DNA of 64,000 nucleotides from Candidatus Latescibacterota bacterium (GCA_965198115.1 OZ240241.1:1312001-1376000), one strand, 5' to 3'; shown: positions 52,585 through 63,639, counted from the stretch's first letter. A program made the numbers and translations. Notes: a model not told the origin generated them from the sequence alone.

Positions 52585-53634
52585 TTGAAGCGAGTGTTGA
52601 AATGGATCGGGGTGTCCCTGCTCATCATCCTGGTCGTGGCGAATGTCGTGGGCCGAACCATGAACGCCCCCCCGTATCGGGGTCCCGTTTCCGATCACTT
52701 CGACGGCGAGCGCTTTCACAACGTCGAACCGGTCGATCTACCCAGTGTCTGGCGGGGCATTCGGTATGCGTTGACGACGGACCACGGGCCTTGGGATGAA
52801 TGGCGCGACGTGCCCACCGCTCCGCCCCCACCCTCGCGCGTCGCCCACGACAGCCTGAAAGTCACTTACATCAACCACGCGACGACGCTGGTTCAGATGG
52901 GCGGCGTCAACATTCTCACCGATCCCACCTGGTCTGCGCGTGCAAGTCCTTTCACGTGGACGGGCCCGAAGCGTCGTCACCCACCAGGGCTGCGGTTGGA
53001 TCAGCTACCCGATATCGATGTCGTGCTGCTCAGCCACAACCACTACGACCACACGGACCTCGCAACACTCGACACGCTCTCTGCCACACACCTTCCCCTT
53101 TTCATCGTGGGCCTGGGATCGGCCGCCCTCCTCCAAAAGCGAGGGATCGGCGACATTCGCGAACTCGACTGGAACACCGAGACGACCTACCGCGGGCTTC
53201 GCTTCGTCGGGCAGCGATGTCGACACTTCTCCGGGCGAGGGATGAGCGACCGGCAGCGCACGCTGTGGATGAGCTACATCATCGAGGGCCACGCCGGAAG
53301 GGTCTATTTTTCGGGTGATACCGGCTACGGGTCGCACTTTGTCCAAACGGGTGCGCGCTTCGGCCCCATTCGTCTGGCCATCCTCCCGATCGGTGCCTAC
53401 TTGCCGAAGTGGTTCATGGGGTCCGTTCACATCGACCCCGCGGAAGCCGTGCAAGCGCATCGGGACTTGAGAGCCCAAACGAGCCTCGCCGTCCACTACG
53501 GCACGTTTCGGTTGAGCGAGGAAGGCCAGGATGACCCCGTCATCGCCCTTCGCGAAGCCTTGTCCTCAGCGACCGATATCCGGTTCTGGATCCTCCCACC
53601 GGGTGAAGGCCAATTCGCGCCCCAGATCCCTTGA
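52585..53634 (+). CDS. MBL-fold metallo-hydrolase (RomA/NAPE-PLD-like)
   Basis: SDHFDGERF, LTDP, SHNHYDHTD, FSGDTGY, LPIGAY and HYGTF motifs. Confidence 0.9.
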   Translation: MKRVLKWIGVSLLIILVVANVVGRTMNAPPYRGPVSDHFDGERFHNVEPVDLPSVWRGIRYALTTDHGPWDEWRDVPTAPPPPSRVAHDSLKVTYINHATTLVQMGGVNILTDPTWSARASPFTWTGPKRRHPPGLRLDQLPDIDVVLLSHNHYDHTDLATLDTLSATHLPLFIVGLGSAALLQKRGIGDIRELDWNTETTYRGLRFVGQRCRHFSGRGMSDRQRTLWMSYIIEGHAGRVYFSGDTGYGSHFVQTGARFGPIRLAILPIGAYLPKWFMGSVHIDPAEAVQAHRDLRAQTSLAVHYGTFRLSEEGQDDPVIALREALSSATDIRFWILPPGEGQFAPQIP

Positions 53635-53867
53635 GAGCGAGCTTCATAGCGCCTGATAGACGCGGGATTCCAGCCTGACAGCCCGATCCGCGACATCTGC
53701 CGATAGGGCCGGCTCCTCCACCCAGGGTCGCCCTTTCTACGTGGCGGAAAGACCTTCCCCTATCGATCTGCCCGCAGGCCTGACCGTTACAGGCATTAAT
53801 CCTTTATAAACAGTCTTTTATATCATGCCAAGCCGACCGGCACAGGCTTTGCCCTTCCCTGACGGTC

Positions 53868-55856
53868 GTGACAGACAGAGCGAACATACTCACGGGTGCC
53901 GCCGCACTGTTCCTCGGGGGCCACCTGATCGCCGCTTACCTGGACCCAGGTCCTGTCTGGGGCGTCGACTTCCTGGCCCACGTCGGCACTCTCCCGACTT
54001 TCGCTTTCGTAATCCTCTCCTTGAGCTTGTTCGCCCTCAGTCTCTACGCTCACCGGATACGGGTTCCCTGGAATCCGTGGGCCTCTTTCTGGACCGAGCT
54101 GGCCACCTCCATCTGCCTGGGTGTCGTGGGCCTTTTGCTCTTCGTCAGTTTTTCCTCGCGAGTACATCTGCTCGGCGATGGTCTCCTCTACCTGAGAGAA
54201 CTGTCCGAAACCCTCTCCCTACCCGAATACCCGAGAATGGATCGAGCGCCCCTTTCATTCTGGCTTCTGCATCGGATGGGCGTCGGTCTGGCGAGCCTCG
54301 GTGTGTCCGCGGAGATGACGTTCAGGTCATTCAGCTACGCGAGCGGGTTTCTGTATATCGTGGGAGCGATCCGGTTGGCCGCAGTTCTGGCTGAGAGAAC
54401 GACATCCAGATACCTCATCCTCTTCGGTCTTCTGACGTCCAGCTACATTCAGCTTTACTTCGGCTACATCGAAACCTACCCGCTCGTTACGACGGGCATT
54501 CTCCTCTACTGTCTGCTCGCATTCGCGAGCCTGCGGGGAACGACGACGTGAGTGCCCGCGGCAGTGACCCTGGGTATCGTGATTCCTCTGCACGTGGCTA
54601 CGGCGGCCCTCCTCCCTTCGCTGATCCTGTTGTCGCCCGCTTCCCACGGGTCGGGTGTGAGATGGGACGCTTGCCTACCATCAGTCGCTGCCGGTTCTAT
54701 CGCCTACGTCATCCTGTCCCTGTTGGGCTTCAACTTCGTCGACCTGGTATCGAGCGATGGCGCAAGCATGCTTCCCATCGTTGCTGCTGGAACCTCCCAG
54801 CCCTACGGCCTGATCTCCCTCGACCACCTCACCAACTGGTTGAGTGAATTTCTCCTCGTCTGTCCGGCCGTGCTGGTTGTGTTGCTCGTCGTCGGGTGGA
54901 GAACATCGGATCGCCACGGCACGTTCTTTCTCAGTGTGGCGACGCTTCCCCTCCTGGCATTCACCTTCCTCGCCAGCCCGGAGATCGGTGCCTTTCGGGA
55001 CTGGGATGTCCTATCGCTCCCGGCGGTACCCGCCACGATCTGGGCCTTGCTGTCGTTCACGAGAGCTTTCGAGGGCCGGTCGGCCTATGCACGTGCCTCC
55101 TGGCAGACGTGGGGCGCCTGTGCAATCCATACGATGTTCTGGGTGGGACTGAACGCAGACGCGGATGCGGCAGAAACTCGATTTGAAAGAAACCTTGCCC
55201 GGGCATCGCTCGGAGTTCACGCGACCACCTACGGTTGGGAAACACTCGCTGCCCACTACCGCCTATCGGATCGCATGGAGCCGGCCTTTCACGCCTATCA
55301 GCGGGCCATCGAAGCGTGTCCCGAAAAGGCTCGGCTGTGGACCTGCCTCGGCAGTACCGCCCTGGATCTCGGCAATGCCGAATTGGCACTCAGAGCGTAT
55401 GCAAAGGGCACGGAGCTCGAACCTCATTCCGAGACGTACTACAACATCGGACTGGCTTGCGAAGCACTCGGACGCAAGGATGACGCCATGAAGGCTTACG
55501 TGTCCGTTTGACGTGAAACCCCCCGCACTCAATTGAACCGCCGGTTCCCGAAGGCGCTCAACAATCTTGGCGCGCTCTTCTTTAAAAAAGGAGACTACGA
55601 CAAGGCTGTAACGTGCTATGAAACGGCCCTGTCGATCGACAAAACCAAGGCTCCGATTCACAATAACCTGGGGACAGCCTACTACAAGATGAACGACCTC
55701 CATCGGGCGGAGCAGTGCTATCTGGAAGCCATCCGCAGAGAGCCGTCAATGCCTCAACCCTACAGCAACCTGGCTGCGGTCTACGTCGATATCGGACTGT
55801 CCGGAAAGGCCAACCAGTTGTTGGCAGAGGCGAATCGACTGTCGACGCTACGCTAG
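53868..55856 (+). pseudogene. Polytopic membrane protein with C-terminal TPRs, containing two in-frame TGA codons
   Basis: ORFs 53868..54551, 54552..55511 and 55533..55856 are all in one frame. Many TM helices, and TPR motifs YYNIG, LNNLG and HNNLG. Confidence 0.75.
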
Positions 55857-55877
55857 TAAACGCCTCAAAATTGAAAC

Positions 55878-55917
55878 GGCCGGCTCCAGTAATGGAACCG
55901 GCCACTCTTGTTTTTTT
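55878..55917 (+). terminator. Intrinsic terminator
   Basis: GGCCGGCTCCA-GTAA-TGGAACCGGCC stem followed by a T-rich tract. Confidence 0.55.
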
Positions 55918-56068
55918 GATCACCCTACATCGTGGCCTGTTGCCCTCTACACTAGGAGGCAGAGCCCGTCTCTACCGCCGACCGCCGACCGCAGACCGCC
56001 CACCGCCCTAGCCACCAGTTCCCGGTCCGAGACCGCTCCCACCGTCAGCCGTCAACCCTCTGCCTTCC

Positions 56069-56899
56069 CTATCCCCTCCGAATCGCCTTGAACTTCTGGA
56101 TTTGCTCCGTAATGGCCACTTCCGTCGGAAGCCGCTCCATCGAACTCGCCCCGTAGAAACCGTCCGCCTCCGGCGCCCGATCCAGCACATACTTCGCATC
56201 GTCGGGCATGGCGATCGGGCCACCGTGGCAGAGCACGATCACATCCTCCCTCACCGTTCGCGCGGCATCGGCGATGGCCTTCACCTCCGCCACCGATTCA
56301 TCGAGCGTCTTGGCCGTCTGGGCACCGATCGAACCGCTCGTCGTCAGCCCCATGTGGGCGACGACAATGTCCGCCCCCGCCTCTGCCATCACCTTCGCCT
56401 CCTCCGTATTGAAGGCATAGGGAGTCGTCAGCATATCCAGGTCGTGTGCGGCGGCCACGCACTCGACCTCCATCTGGTAGCTCATTCCCGTTTCTTCCAG
56501 GTTCGCTCGAAAGATGCCGTCGATCAACCCGACCGTCGGGAAATTCTGGATACCCGCGAACCCCAGATCTTTCAACTCCCGAAGAAAATAGTCTCGAATC
56601 ATGAACGGATCGGTCCCGCAGACCCCGGCCAGGATGGGTGTATGTTCGACGGCCGTAATGACCTCGAACGCCATCTCCTTGACCACCTCGTTCGCGTTGC
56701 CGTAGGGCATGATTCCAGACAAAGATCCACGACCGGCCATCCGATAGCGGCCGGAATTGTAGATCACGATCAGGTCGATCCCCCCCGCCTCTTCGCACTT
56801 GGCCGAGATGCCCGTACCCGCGCCCCCACCGATGATGGGTTCGTTGGCGTCGATCTTCTCGCGCAGCCGTGCAAGTATGCCTGCTCTCGAGTTATCCAT
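56069..56899 (-). CDS. PEP-hydrolase-like / TIM-barrel signal transduction family protein
   Basis: [33 protein letters not shown] and [12 protein letters not shown] motifs. Confidence 0.9.
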   Translation of the reverse strand: MDNSRAGILARLREKIDANEPIIGGGAGTGISAKCEEAGGIDLIVIYNSGRYRMAGRGSLSGIMPYGNANEVVKEMAFEVITAVEHTPILAGVCGTDPFMIRDYFLRELKDLGFAGIQNFPTVGLIDGIFRANLEETGMSYQMEVECVAAAHDLDMLTTPYAFNTEEAKVMAEAGADIVVAHMGLTTSGSIGAQTAKTLDESVAEVKAIADAARTVREDVIVLCHGGPIAMPDDAKYVLDRAPEADGFYGASSMERLPTEVAITEQIQKFKAIRRG

Positions 56900-57022
56900 T
56901 TGATCTCCAGAGTGCGTTGACCGTGAGCCGCTATCCGTCGTCCGCAGAACCCCACACCTCGCCCAGTAACGGCCCCTGAGCTCGGGTGCTGGATCCCCGG
57001 CAAACGGATCCCGGCCAACGGT

Positions 57023-58255
57023 TCACGTCCCTTGGTCCTTCTTGCTGATGAGCTCCACCATCATTTCAACGGCTTTCGTCGAAAACGCCTCATCGTTGAT
57101 GTTCGCGTCGATCTCCACGACCGGAATGTCGTCGTTCAGGTTTTCCTTCAGCGCATCGAACATGGCCTGGTCGGCTTCGCGGTCGCAGAACATCTCGCCG
57201 TCGCCATCCAGAATAGACACGCCCTTGAGTGGAATCAGAAACGCAACCGGGCCCTTCGCCGCGTTGGCCTTTTCCGCAAACGCCTGACCCATCTGCCGAT
57301 TCTCCTCGACGTTCGTGCGCATCAGCGTCACGGTCGGGTTCCACTCGTAGAAGGTCCGACTCCCGTCCTTGAACTTCTCGGGCACCGAATCCATACCGAC
57401 GAAGTTAGCCATGTCGACACATCCCGGCGAAATCAGATGCGGGACCCCCATCTCACCGGCCGCACTCAGCCGATCGGCCCCGGCATCGAACACGCCGCCG
57501 CAAACGGTATCAGCCCATTCGGTCGTCGTGATGTCCAGGACGGCATCGACGAGCCCTTCCCGCACGAGCGATTCCATCGTCTGCCCACCCGTACCTGTCG
57601 CGTGAAAGACCAGCACTTCATAACCTGCTTCGTCCAACGCCGCACGACAGGCATCCACGCACTCGGTCGTGTTTCCGAACATCGACGCCGTGATGATGGG
57701 CTTCTCATCCGTAACCACGGGGATTTCGGATTCGGCCATCCCACAGATCGCGCCCGCCGCACGGGCGAAGATGATGCGCGAAACCCGATTGATCCCGGCC
57801 ACATCCACGATCGACGGAATCATCGTCACATCCTTGGTACCCACGTAGGGACTCGTGTCCCCGGAGGCAGCGGTCGACACACAGACCTTCGGAAACCCGA
57901 CCGGTAACGCTCGCATGGCGGCCGCCACGACCGTCGATCCGCCTGTCCCTCCCATTCCGATGATCCCGTCGATGCAACCTTCGTCGTGAAGACGCTTAGC
58001 TACGACCGGGGCACCTGCCGACATGACCTTCATCGCCTCTCCCCGATCCTGGTCCACACGCAGGACTTCCAGGTCACCATCGCCCGCCTTGGCCACATCG
58101 TCAGCTTCAACATCGACCGGAAACGCATCCGTCGTACCCATCACGCCGGTGTTGGCAGCGAGAACTTCGTGCCCTCGAGACAGAATCTGGTCCCTGAGAA
58201 AGGCGTACTCCTCTCCTTTGGTGTCGAACGAACCGATCATCAGAATCTTGGCCAT
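57023..58255 (-). CDS. UPF0261 / Tm-1-like ATP-binding domain protein
   Basis: DTKGEE, GGTGGS, LPVGFPK, SIVDVAGIN, MFGNTT, FHATGTGG and DITTTE motifs. Confidence 0.9.
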   Translation of the reverse strand: MAKILMIGSFDTKGEEYAFLRDQILSRGHEVLAANTGVMGTTDAFPVDVEADDVAKAGDGDLEVLRVDQDRGEAMKVMSAGAPVVAKRLHDEGCIDGIIGMGGTGGSTVVAAAMRALPVGFPKVCVSTAASGDTSPYVGTKDVTMIPSIVDVAGINRVSRIIFARAAGAICGMAESEIPVVTDEKPIITASMFGNTTECVDACRAALDEAGYEVLVFHATGTGGQTMESLVREGLVDAVLDITTTEWADTVCGGVFDAGADRLSAAGEMGVPHLISPGCVDMANFVGMDSVPEKFKDGSRTFYEWNPTVTLMRTNVEENRQMGQAFAEKANAAKGPVAFLIPLKGVSILDGDGEMFCDREADQAMFDALKENLNDDIPVVEIDANINDEAFSTKAVEMMVELISKKDQGT

Positions 58256-58266
58256 ACGATCCTCTT

Positions 58267-59103
58267 TCACTCTATGTTGGGCGGCAATACGTTTGCGACG
58301 AAGCCGATCTCTTCCCGAATACGATTGACGTCATAGACACTGTCGTAGGTGTGGGCCGGTTGCCTGAAATGGCTCACGTCTACTTCACTCCCCCACCAGT
58401 TTTCAAGGATGTCGGCCACGGGGTCGGCGGACCACGCGCGAGGCCCAGCCGCGTTCATCACGCGAACACCCGGGCAGTGATCGGACTCCGCGGCGAGACG
58501 GAACGCGCGAACCCCATCGCTCAGCGCCATCACCGTCAGCCCACCCAGACACCACGCGGGTTGGGGACCTATCGTGCGGAGCGGTGGAAGATCGCCGCCG
58601 GGTACCGAAGAAAGACGAAGATTCACGACATCGATATCCTCGAACTGTCGCTGAACGTAGCGCGTCACCTCTTCCATGAGATACTTGGACAGTCCATAGC
58701 CATCCCGATCCAAGCAGGGATGTTCGTCGGAGATCGGAAGCTCGAGCGGTCGGAACGAAAGACTCTGCATTCCGACGGCCGCGATGGAGCTTGCCATCAC
58801 GAACTTTCGACATCCGCGTTCGGCCACGTATCGCATCAGGCAACGGGTCCCTTCGACGTTGACCTGAATCCCCTCCCGTTCTGCACATCCTCCGGTCACC
58901 GCCCCCAGGTGGACAACGGTGTCGAAGACGTGGCCATCCAGCTGACGCAGATCCTCGAAATGGGCGAACGACCCCCTGACCCACGCATCGTTTCCGCGGG
59001 GCGCCGCACGGCTCAAGCCTACGACCTCGTGTGAGTCGGTCAGGTCGGCCGCAAGGGCACGCCCGATCAATCCACTCGCCCCCGTGACCAGGATCTTACT
59101 CAT
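58267..59103 (-). CDS. NAD-dependent epimerase/dehydratase
   Basis: ILVTGASGLIG, VVHLGA, MASS and YGLSK motifs. Confidence 0.88.
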   Translation of the reverse strand: MSKILVTGASGLIGRALAADLTDSHEVVGLSRAAPRGNDAWVRGSFAHFEDLRQLDGHVFDTVVHLGAVTGGCAEREGIQVNVEGTRCLMRYVAERGCRKFVMASSIAAVGMQSLSFRPLELPISDEHPCLDRDGYGLSKYLMEEVTRYVQRQFEDIDVVNLRLSSVPGGDLPPLRTIGPQPAWCLGGLTVMALSDGVRAFRLAAESDHCPGVRVMNAAGPRAWSADPVADILENWWGSEVDVSHFRQPAHTYDSVYDVNRIREEIGFVANVLPPNIE

Positions 59104-59302
59104 CTCGATCTCTCCATAGCGAAGAGCATGGGTAAACACGAACTTCGATCCGCGCAACTCGGGATGCGGGCGTGGGGCCACCGACAGCGTGGACACCCCT
59201 TCCCGGCTCACCTAACTTGCCGAAGCCGGTCCGCCTCGAAACACGACGTGGCTGACTCAAGGCAGGATCAACGATCATCACACCCATCGGAGAGGCTCGC
59301 TG

Positions 59303-59920
59303 ATGTTTTACGAACCAAAAGACGGCCACGGATTGCCCGATAACCCGCTCGGGGCGATCGTTACACCGCGTCCCATCGGTTGGATCTCGACGCTCGGTGC
59401 GACAGGTGTCGCGAACCTGGCCCCGTACTCCTTCTTCAACGCCGTCGCATACGATCCACCGCAGGTCATGTTCGCAGCCACGACCAGCCACGCCTTCGGC
59501 GGCTTGAAAGACTCCGTGACCAACGCAGAGACCACCGGAGAGTTCGTCGTCAATCTCGTCACGCACGATCTTCGCGAACAGATGAACGCCTCGGCCGTTG
59601 CTGCGCCCTCCGACATCGACGAATTCGAGTACGCCGGTCTCTCCAAGGCCTCATCCTACGTCATTCAGACACCTCGGGTCGCTGAAAGCCCCGCTCACCT
59701 CGAATGTCGATTCGTGACACGCGTCGATCTGCCGACCGATAACGGCGACCCTAACGTCGTCGTCTTTGGTCAGGTGGTGGGCGTCCACATCGACGACCGG
59801 TATCTCGTCGACGGACGCGTCGATACGGTCGGGATGCGTCCCATTGGCCGGCTCGGATACATCGACTACGTCGAAGTGGGAGAGGCCTTCTCTATGGAGC
59901 GACCCGTCTGGGAGGGGTGA
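59303..59920 (+). CDS. Flavin reductase family protein
   Basis: PRPIGWIST, NLAPYSFFN, KDS..N, EFVVN and GRLG motifs. Confidence 0.9.
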   Translation: MFYEPKDGHGLPDNPLGAIVTPRPIGWISTLGATGVANLAPYSFFNAVAYDPPQVMFAATTSHAFGGLKDSVTNAETTGEFVVNLVTHDLREQMNASAVAAPSDIDEFEYAGLSKASSYVIQTPRVAESPAHLECRFVTRVDLPTDNGDPNVVVFGQVVGVHIDDRYLVDGRVDTVGMRPIGRLGYIDYVEVGEAFSMERPVWEG

Positions 59921-60070
59921 CTCGGTGCCGGGCCAGGTTGGGTCTTTGCCCCGCAGCTCCGGGTTGAAAAAAGATCTTTACACCTTTATTTACAATTGTT
60001 TATACACCTGAACAGATGTGCCGATTTTCGTGCTTGTTTTTGCACACATTTCCCTTATATAGATATCAGC

Positions 60071-61351
60071 ATGGATGCTGTGACCGATAAAAATGTGTTG
60101 ATCGTCGACAAAGCCAGCATGGCGGGGCTCATCTCCAAAATGCTCAGCGAGGCGCAGAACCACATCGTCGAAGACGGCGTGGTTGCGGTCGATCACCTCA
60201 TCGACACCCATCCCGACGTCATCGTCGCCGATGTCAACGTGCAAGGATCAGGGATCCGTTTGGCCGAGTTGGTCGGAATCAGCCCCAAGCTGAACCACAT
60301 CCCGGTCATTCTAACGTCGGCTGACCCCACCGCCGAAACCATCGTCAAGGCCCGGAACGCCGGCGCCAGCTCTTATCTCGCAAAACCCTTTCGGCCGAGC
60401 GAGCTTCGATCGCGAATCGTCGCTGTCGCTTCCGATCCTGAGATAGAACAGGCCGAAGAAGAGCCCGAGATCTCCAACCCGTGGAATACGGACGATCGCG
60501 ACAATGTCTTCGAGTCCCGGGTACGCGCAATCGACGGGCTTCCGGCCTTCCCAACCACCCACGCCGAAATCCTCAAACTCGCCAAAAGCGAGAATGCCAC
60601 GAGCGACGAGATCGCAGAAAAGGTTCAGCTCGACATCGGGCTGCTCGCCCGCGTCTTCAAACTCGTCAACTCCTCCTCCTTCGGGTTCTCCAAACGCGTC
60701 TCCTCCCTCAACCTCGCCGTAACTCTGCTCGGGTTGGAAGAGATCGCCAACCTCGTCATGACGGTCCAGGTCTTCGAACGTCTCGGAGGCGAAAGCGAGG
60801 ACGGCCGGCTCGATCTCAAGGCCTTCTGGCGACACACCGTCGGCACGGGCTTCGCCGCAAAGGCCATTGCTCGCAAGCTGCAGGTCGAACTGGAATCAGC
60901 CTTTCTGGCGGGCATCCTGCACGATCTGGGGAAGGTTGTCCTCGACCGATACTTTTCCGATTACTACAGCGCTGTCCTCAGACACGTTCGACGCGAGGGC
61001 GGAACGTTGCTCGAGGCCGAAGAAAACTACCTCGGTCTAACACACGCAGACATCGGCGCTCAGCTTGCCACCCAGTGGCAGTTCTCGCCCCAATACCTCA
61101 ACGCCATCCATCACCACCACCGACCGGCCGAAGCCACCCGATACCAGCGACTCGTCTGTCTGGTACATATGGCAGACGCACTGTGTCGAGAACTCGATTT
61201 CGGGTCCGGCGGCGACAGTGAAACGGTCGATATCGATGACCACGTCCTCGATCGCTTTTCGCTTCGCGATCGGGGCGTATACCACCTGCGCGAAGCCGTG
61301 AAGGAAGAGCTGAACAACGCCGACTCCTTTCTGGCTGCCCTGTCCTCCTGA
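60071..61351 (+). CDS. Response regulator receiver plus HDOD domain protein
   Basis: VLIVD...VIVAD...KPF receiver, then LPAFP, VNSS, FWRH, AGILHDLGK, HADIG and HHH of HDOD. Confidence 0.88.
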   Translation: MDAVTDKNVLIVDKASMAGLISKMLSEAQNHIVEDGVVAVDHLIDTHPDVIVADVNVQGSGIRLAELVGISPKLNHIPVILTSADPTAETIVKARNAGASSYLAKPFRPSELRSRIVAVASDPEIEQAEEEPEISNPWNTDDRDNVFESRVRAIDGLPAFPTTHAEILKLAKSENATSDEIAEKVQLDIGLLARVFKLVNSSSFGFSKRVSSLNLAVTLLGLEEIANLVMTVQVFERLGGESEDGRLDLKAFWRHTVGTGFAAKAIARKLQVELESAFLAGILHDLGKVVLDRYFSDYYSAVLRHVRREGGTLLEAEENYLGLTHADIGAQLATQWQFSPQYLNAIHHHHRPAEATRYQRLVCLVHMADALCRELDFGSGGDSETVDIDDHVLDRFSLRDRGVYHLREAVKEELNNADSFLAALSS

Positions 61352-61491
61352 AGTATCAAACACGCTACGTTGGCACAAGCGGCACTGATCCTGGCCGGCT
61401 CTGATGCCGAGTCCAGAAGACAGTCTTGACACCGACATCGGTTCGGCTTATAACCTCGCAGGAGACGCCACCACAACCGAAAGGAGGCGCC

Positions 61492-61881
61492 ATGCTGAAT
61501 CTGACTTTCATCGCACGCATCATTCTCGGCCTCATCTTCTTTGTCTTCGGGATAAACGGATTCCTCCAGTTTATGCCCATGCCCGAGCTGTCCGAACCGG
61601 GTGCCGCCCTGATGGGCGCCCTGGCAGCCACCGGGTACTTCTTCCCCGTCCTCAAGCTCGTCGAGGTCGTGAGCGGGGCGCTCCTCCTCACGGATCGGTT
61701 CGTCCCCCTCGCCCTTGTTCTGCTCGCGCCGGTCGCCGTTCAGATTCTCCTGTTCCACATCGCGCTCGAGCCTGCGGGGCTGCCCATGGCGGCTTTGATC
61801 GCTGTTTTGATGGGGTATCTGGGGTTCGTCGGATTCAGATCCAGCTTCACCGGCGTTCTCGCGGCAACACCCGAAGGCTGA
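61492..61881 (+). CDS. DoxX-family membrane protein
   Basis: ARIILGLIFFVFGINGF, ATGY, and four TM segments. AGGAGG RBS. Confidence 0.8.
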   Translation: MLNLTFIARIILGLIFFVFGINGFLQFMPMPELSEPGAALMGALAATGYFFPVLKLVEVVSGALLLTDRFVPLALVLLAPVAVQILLFHIALEPAGLPMAALIAVLMGYLGFVGFRSSFTGVLAATPEG

Positions 61882-61960
61882 ACCCAATTCCAACACCGGG
61901 GGATGTGTCCCGCAGGACGCCTCCCTCTCGTGCTCTACCCGTCGCAATGAAAGGAATGGC

Positions 61961-63556
61961 ATGCGGAAACAGTTCCTGGTCTTCTCCGTTCTCCTGCTCG
62001 CCGCCATCGGCGGAATCGCGACCGTCTGGAAGCCCATCATCTGGTCGCTCTTGCTAATCGGCCCGATCGTGTTGTGGGGGCTTTGCGACATGTACCTCAC
62101 AACCGCCACCATCGTCCGAAACTTCCCGATCGTCGGTCGGGGTCGTTACGTCATGGAGGCCCTTCGTCCGAAGATCTATCAGTACTTCATCGAGTCCGAC
62201 ATCGACGGAACACCGATCAACCGGGTCTTTCGGTCTCTCGTCTACCAGCGCGCCAAGAAAGAGCTCGACACGGTGCCGTTCGGCACCGAGTTCGACGTCT
62301 ACCGCGTAGGTTATGAATACATCCACCATTCGCTCGGCGCACTCGACGCACGCGAGGTCGACCACGATCTTCGCACCATCGTCGGGTGCAAGGACTGCGC
62401 ACAGCCCTACAACGCCAGTCTTCTGAACATCTCTGCCATGTCGTATGGGTCCCTCAGCAAAAACGCCATTCTGGCCCTCAACGGCGGGGCGAAGAAAGGG
62501 AATTTCGCCCACAACACCGGTGAAGGAGGCTTGAGTCCATATCATCTCGAACCGGGTGGCGACCTGATCTGGCAGGTGGGAACCGGATACTTCAGTACCC
62601 GTACAAAGGAAGGCGCCTTCTGTCCCAACACCTTCGAGGAAAGGTGTGCCGAACCCACTGTGAAAATGATCGAGATCAAGCTGTCTCAGGGAGCAAAACC
62701 GGGACACGGGGGCATTCTTCCGGGCGCGAAAAACACACCCGAAATCGCCGCCATTCGAGGCGTAGAACCCCATGAAGACATCATCTCTCCACCCGCGCAC
62801 ACAGCCTTCCACACGCCCATCGAGTTGATGGAGTTCATCGCCCTGCTTCGCGAAAAGTCGAAGGGCAAACCGATCGGCTTCAAGCTTTGCGTCGGTCGTC
62901 AGAGCGAATTTTTCGCCCTGTGCAAAGCGATGGTCGAAACGGGCATTACGCCTGACTTCATCACCGTGGACGGCGGTGAGGGCGGAACTGGAGCGGCGCC
63001 TCCTGAGTATTCGAACTCGGTCGGCATGCCACTCCGAGACGGGCTCGCTTTCGTCGTCGACGCGCTCGTTGGTTACGGCCTTCGCGACAACATTCGGATC
63101 ATCGCCAGCGGCAAGATCATCACAGGCTTTCACATGGCACGGGTCCTCGCACTCGGTGCCGACATGACGAGCAGTGCACGGGCGATGATGCTCGCCCTGG
63201 GGTGTATCCAGGCGCTCGAGTGTAATCAGAACATCTGTCCCACCGGGATCACCACACAGGATCCCAACCTGACCGCGGGCCTGATCGTGTCAGACAAAGT
63301 GGATCGCGTCTGTAACTATCAGAGCGAAACGGTTCGTGCCCTCGCCGACCTGCTCACGGCCTCCGGCCACACGCATCCCGAAGAAATCGAACGCGACCAC
63401 ATCTATCAACGCGTCAGCACCAATCAGATTATGCGATACGACGAGATCTACCCTGAGGTAAAGCCCGGCTGCATGATCAGCGGGGACATACCGGCCTATT
63501 ACCGCCGTTACCACGCCGAAGCTCAGACGGCGTCCTTCGAGCCCGTCCACGCCTGA
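61961..63556 (+). CDS. FMN-binding glutamate synthase family protein
   Basis: SAMSYGSLS, NTGEGG, EIKLSQGAKPGHGG, DGGEGGTGAAP and CxxxxxCxxxxC (CIQALECNQNICP) motifs. Confidence 0.93.
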   Translation: MRKQFLVFSVLLLAAIGGIATVWKPIIWSLLLIGPIVLWGLCDMYLTTATIVRNFPIVGRGRYVMEALRPKIYQYFIESDIDGTPINRVFRSLVYQRAKKELDTVPFGTEFDVYRVGYEYIHHSLGALDAREVDHDLRTIVGCKDCAQPYNASLLNISAMSYGSLSKNAILALNGGAKKGNFAHNTGEGGLSPYHLEPGGDLIWQVGTGYFSTRTKEGAFCPNTFEERCAEPTVKMIEIKLSQGAKPGHGGILPGAKNTPEIAAIRGVEPHEDIISPPAHTAFHTPIELMEFIALLREKSKGKPIGFKLCVGRQSEFFALCKAMVETGITPDFITVDGGEGGTGAAPPEYSNSVGMPLRDGLAFVVDALVGYGLRDNIRIIASGKIITGFHMARVLALGADMTSSARAMMLALGCIQALECNQNICPTGITTQDPNLTAGLIVSDKVDRVCNYQSETVRALADLLTASGHTHPEEIERDHIYQRVSTNQIMRYDEIYPEVKPGCMISGDIPAYYRRYHAEAQTASFEPVHA

Positions 63557-63574
63557 CAAGCCTCACGACGAACA

Positions 63575-63612
63575 CAAAGCGCCCGATCGCATCGAATCGA
63601 TCGGGCGCTTTG
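63575..63612. terminator. Hairpin between convergent genes (probable bidirectional terminator)
   Basis: Perfect 15-bp stem CAAAGCGCCCGATCG / CGATCGGGCGCTTTG. Confidence 0.7.
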
Positions 63613-63639
63613 CATTGCCCCAGAGACTTTGGTCAATGG

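Noticed and set aside
12048-55511. Alternative genetic code (stop-codon reassignment)
   Set aside because: TAG and TGA both end many well-conserved genes here and TGG encodes Trp normally. The in-frame stops sit mostly in otherwise damaged genes.
19871-63133. Long antisense ORFs (e.g. 19871..21037, 22483..23433, 57032..57907, 62054..63133)
   Set aside because: These are shadows of well-supported genes on the opposite strand in high-GC DNA, with no recognisable motifs.
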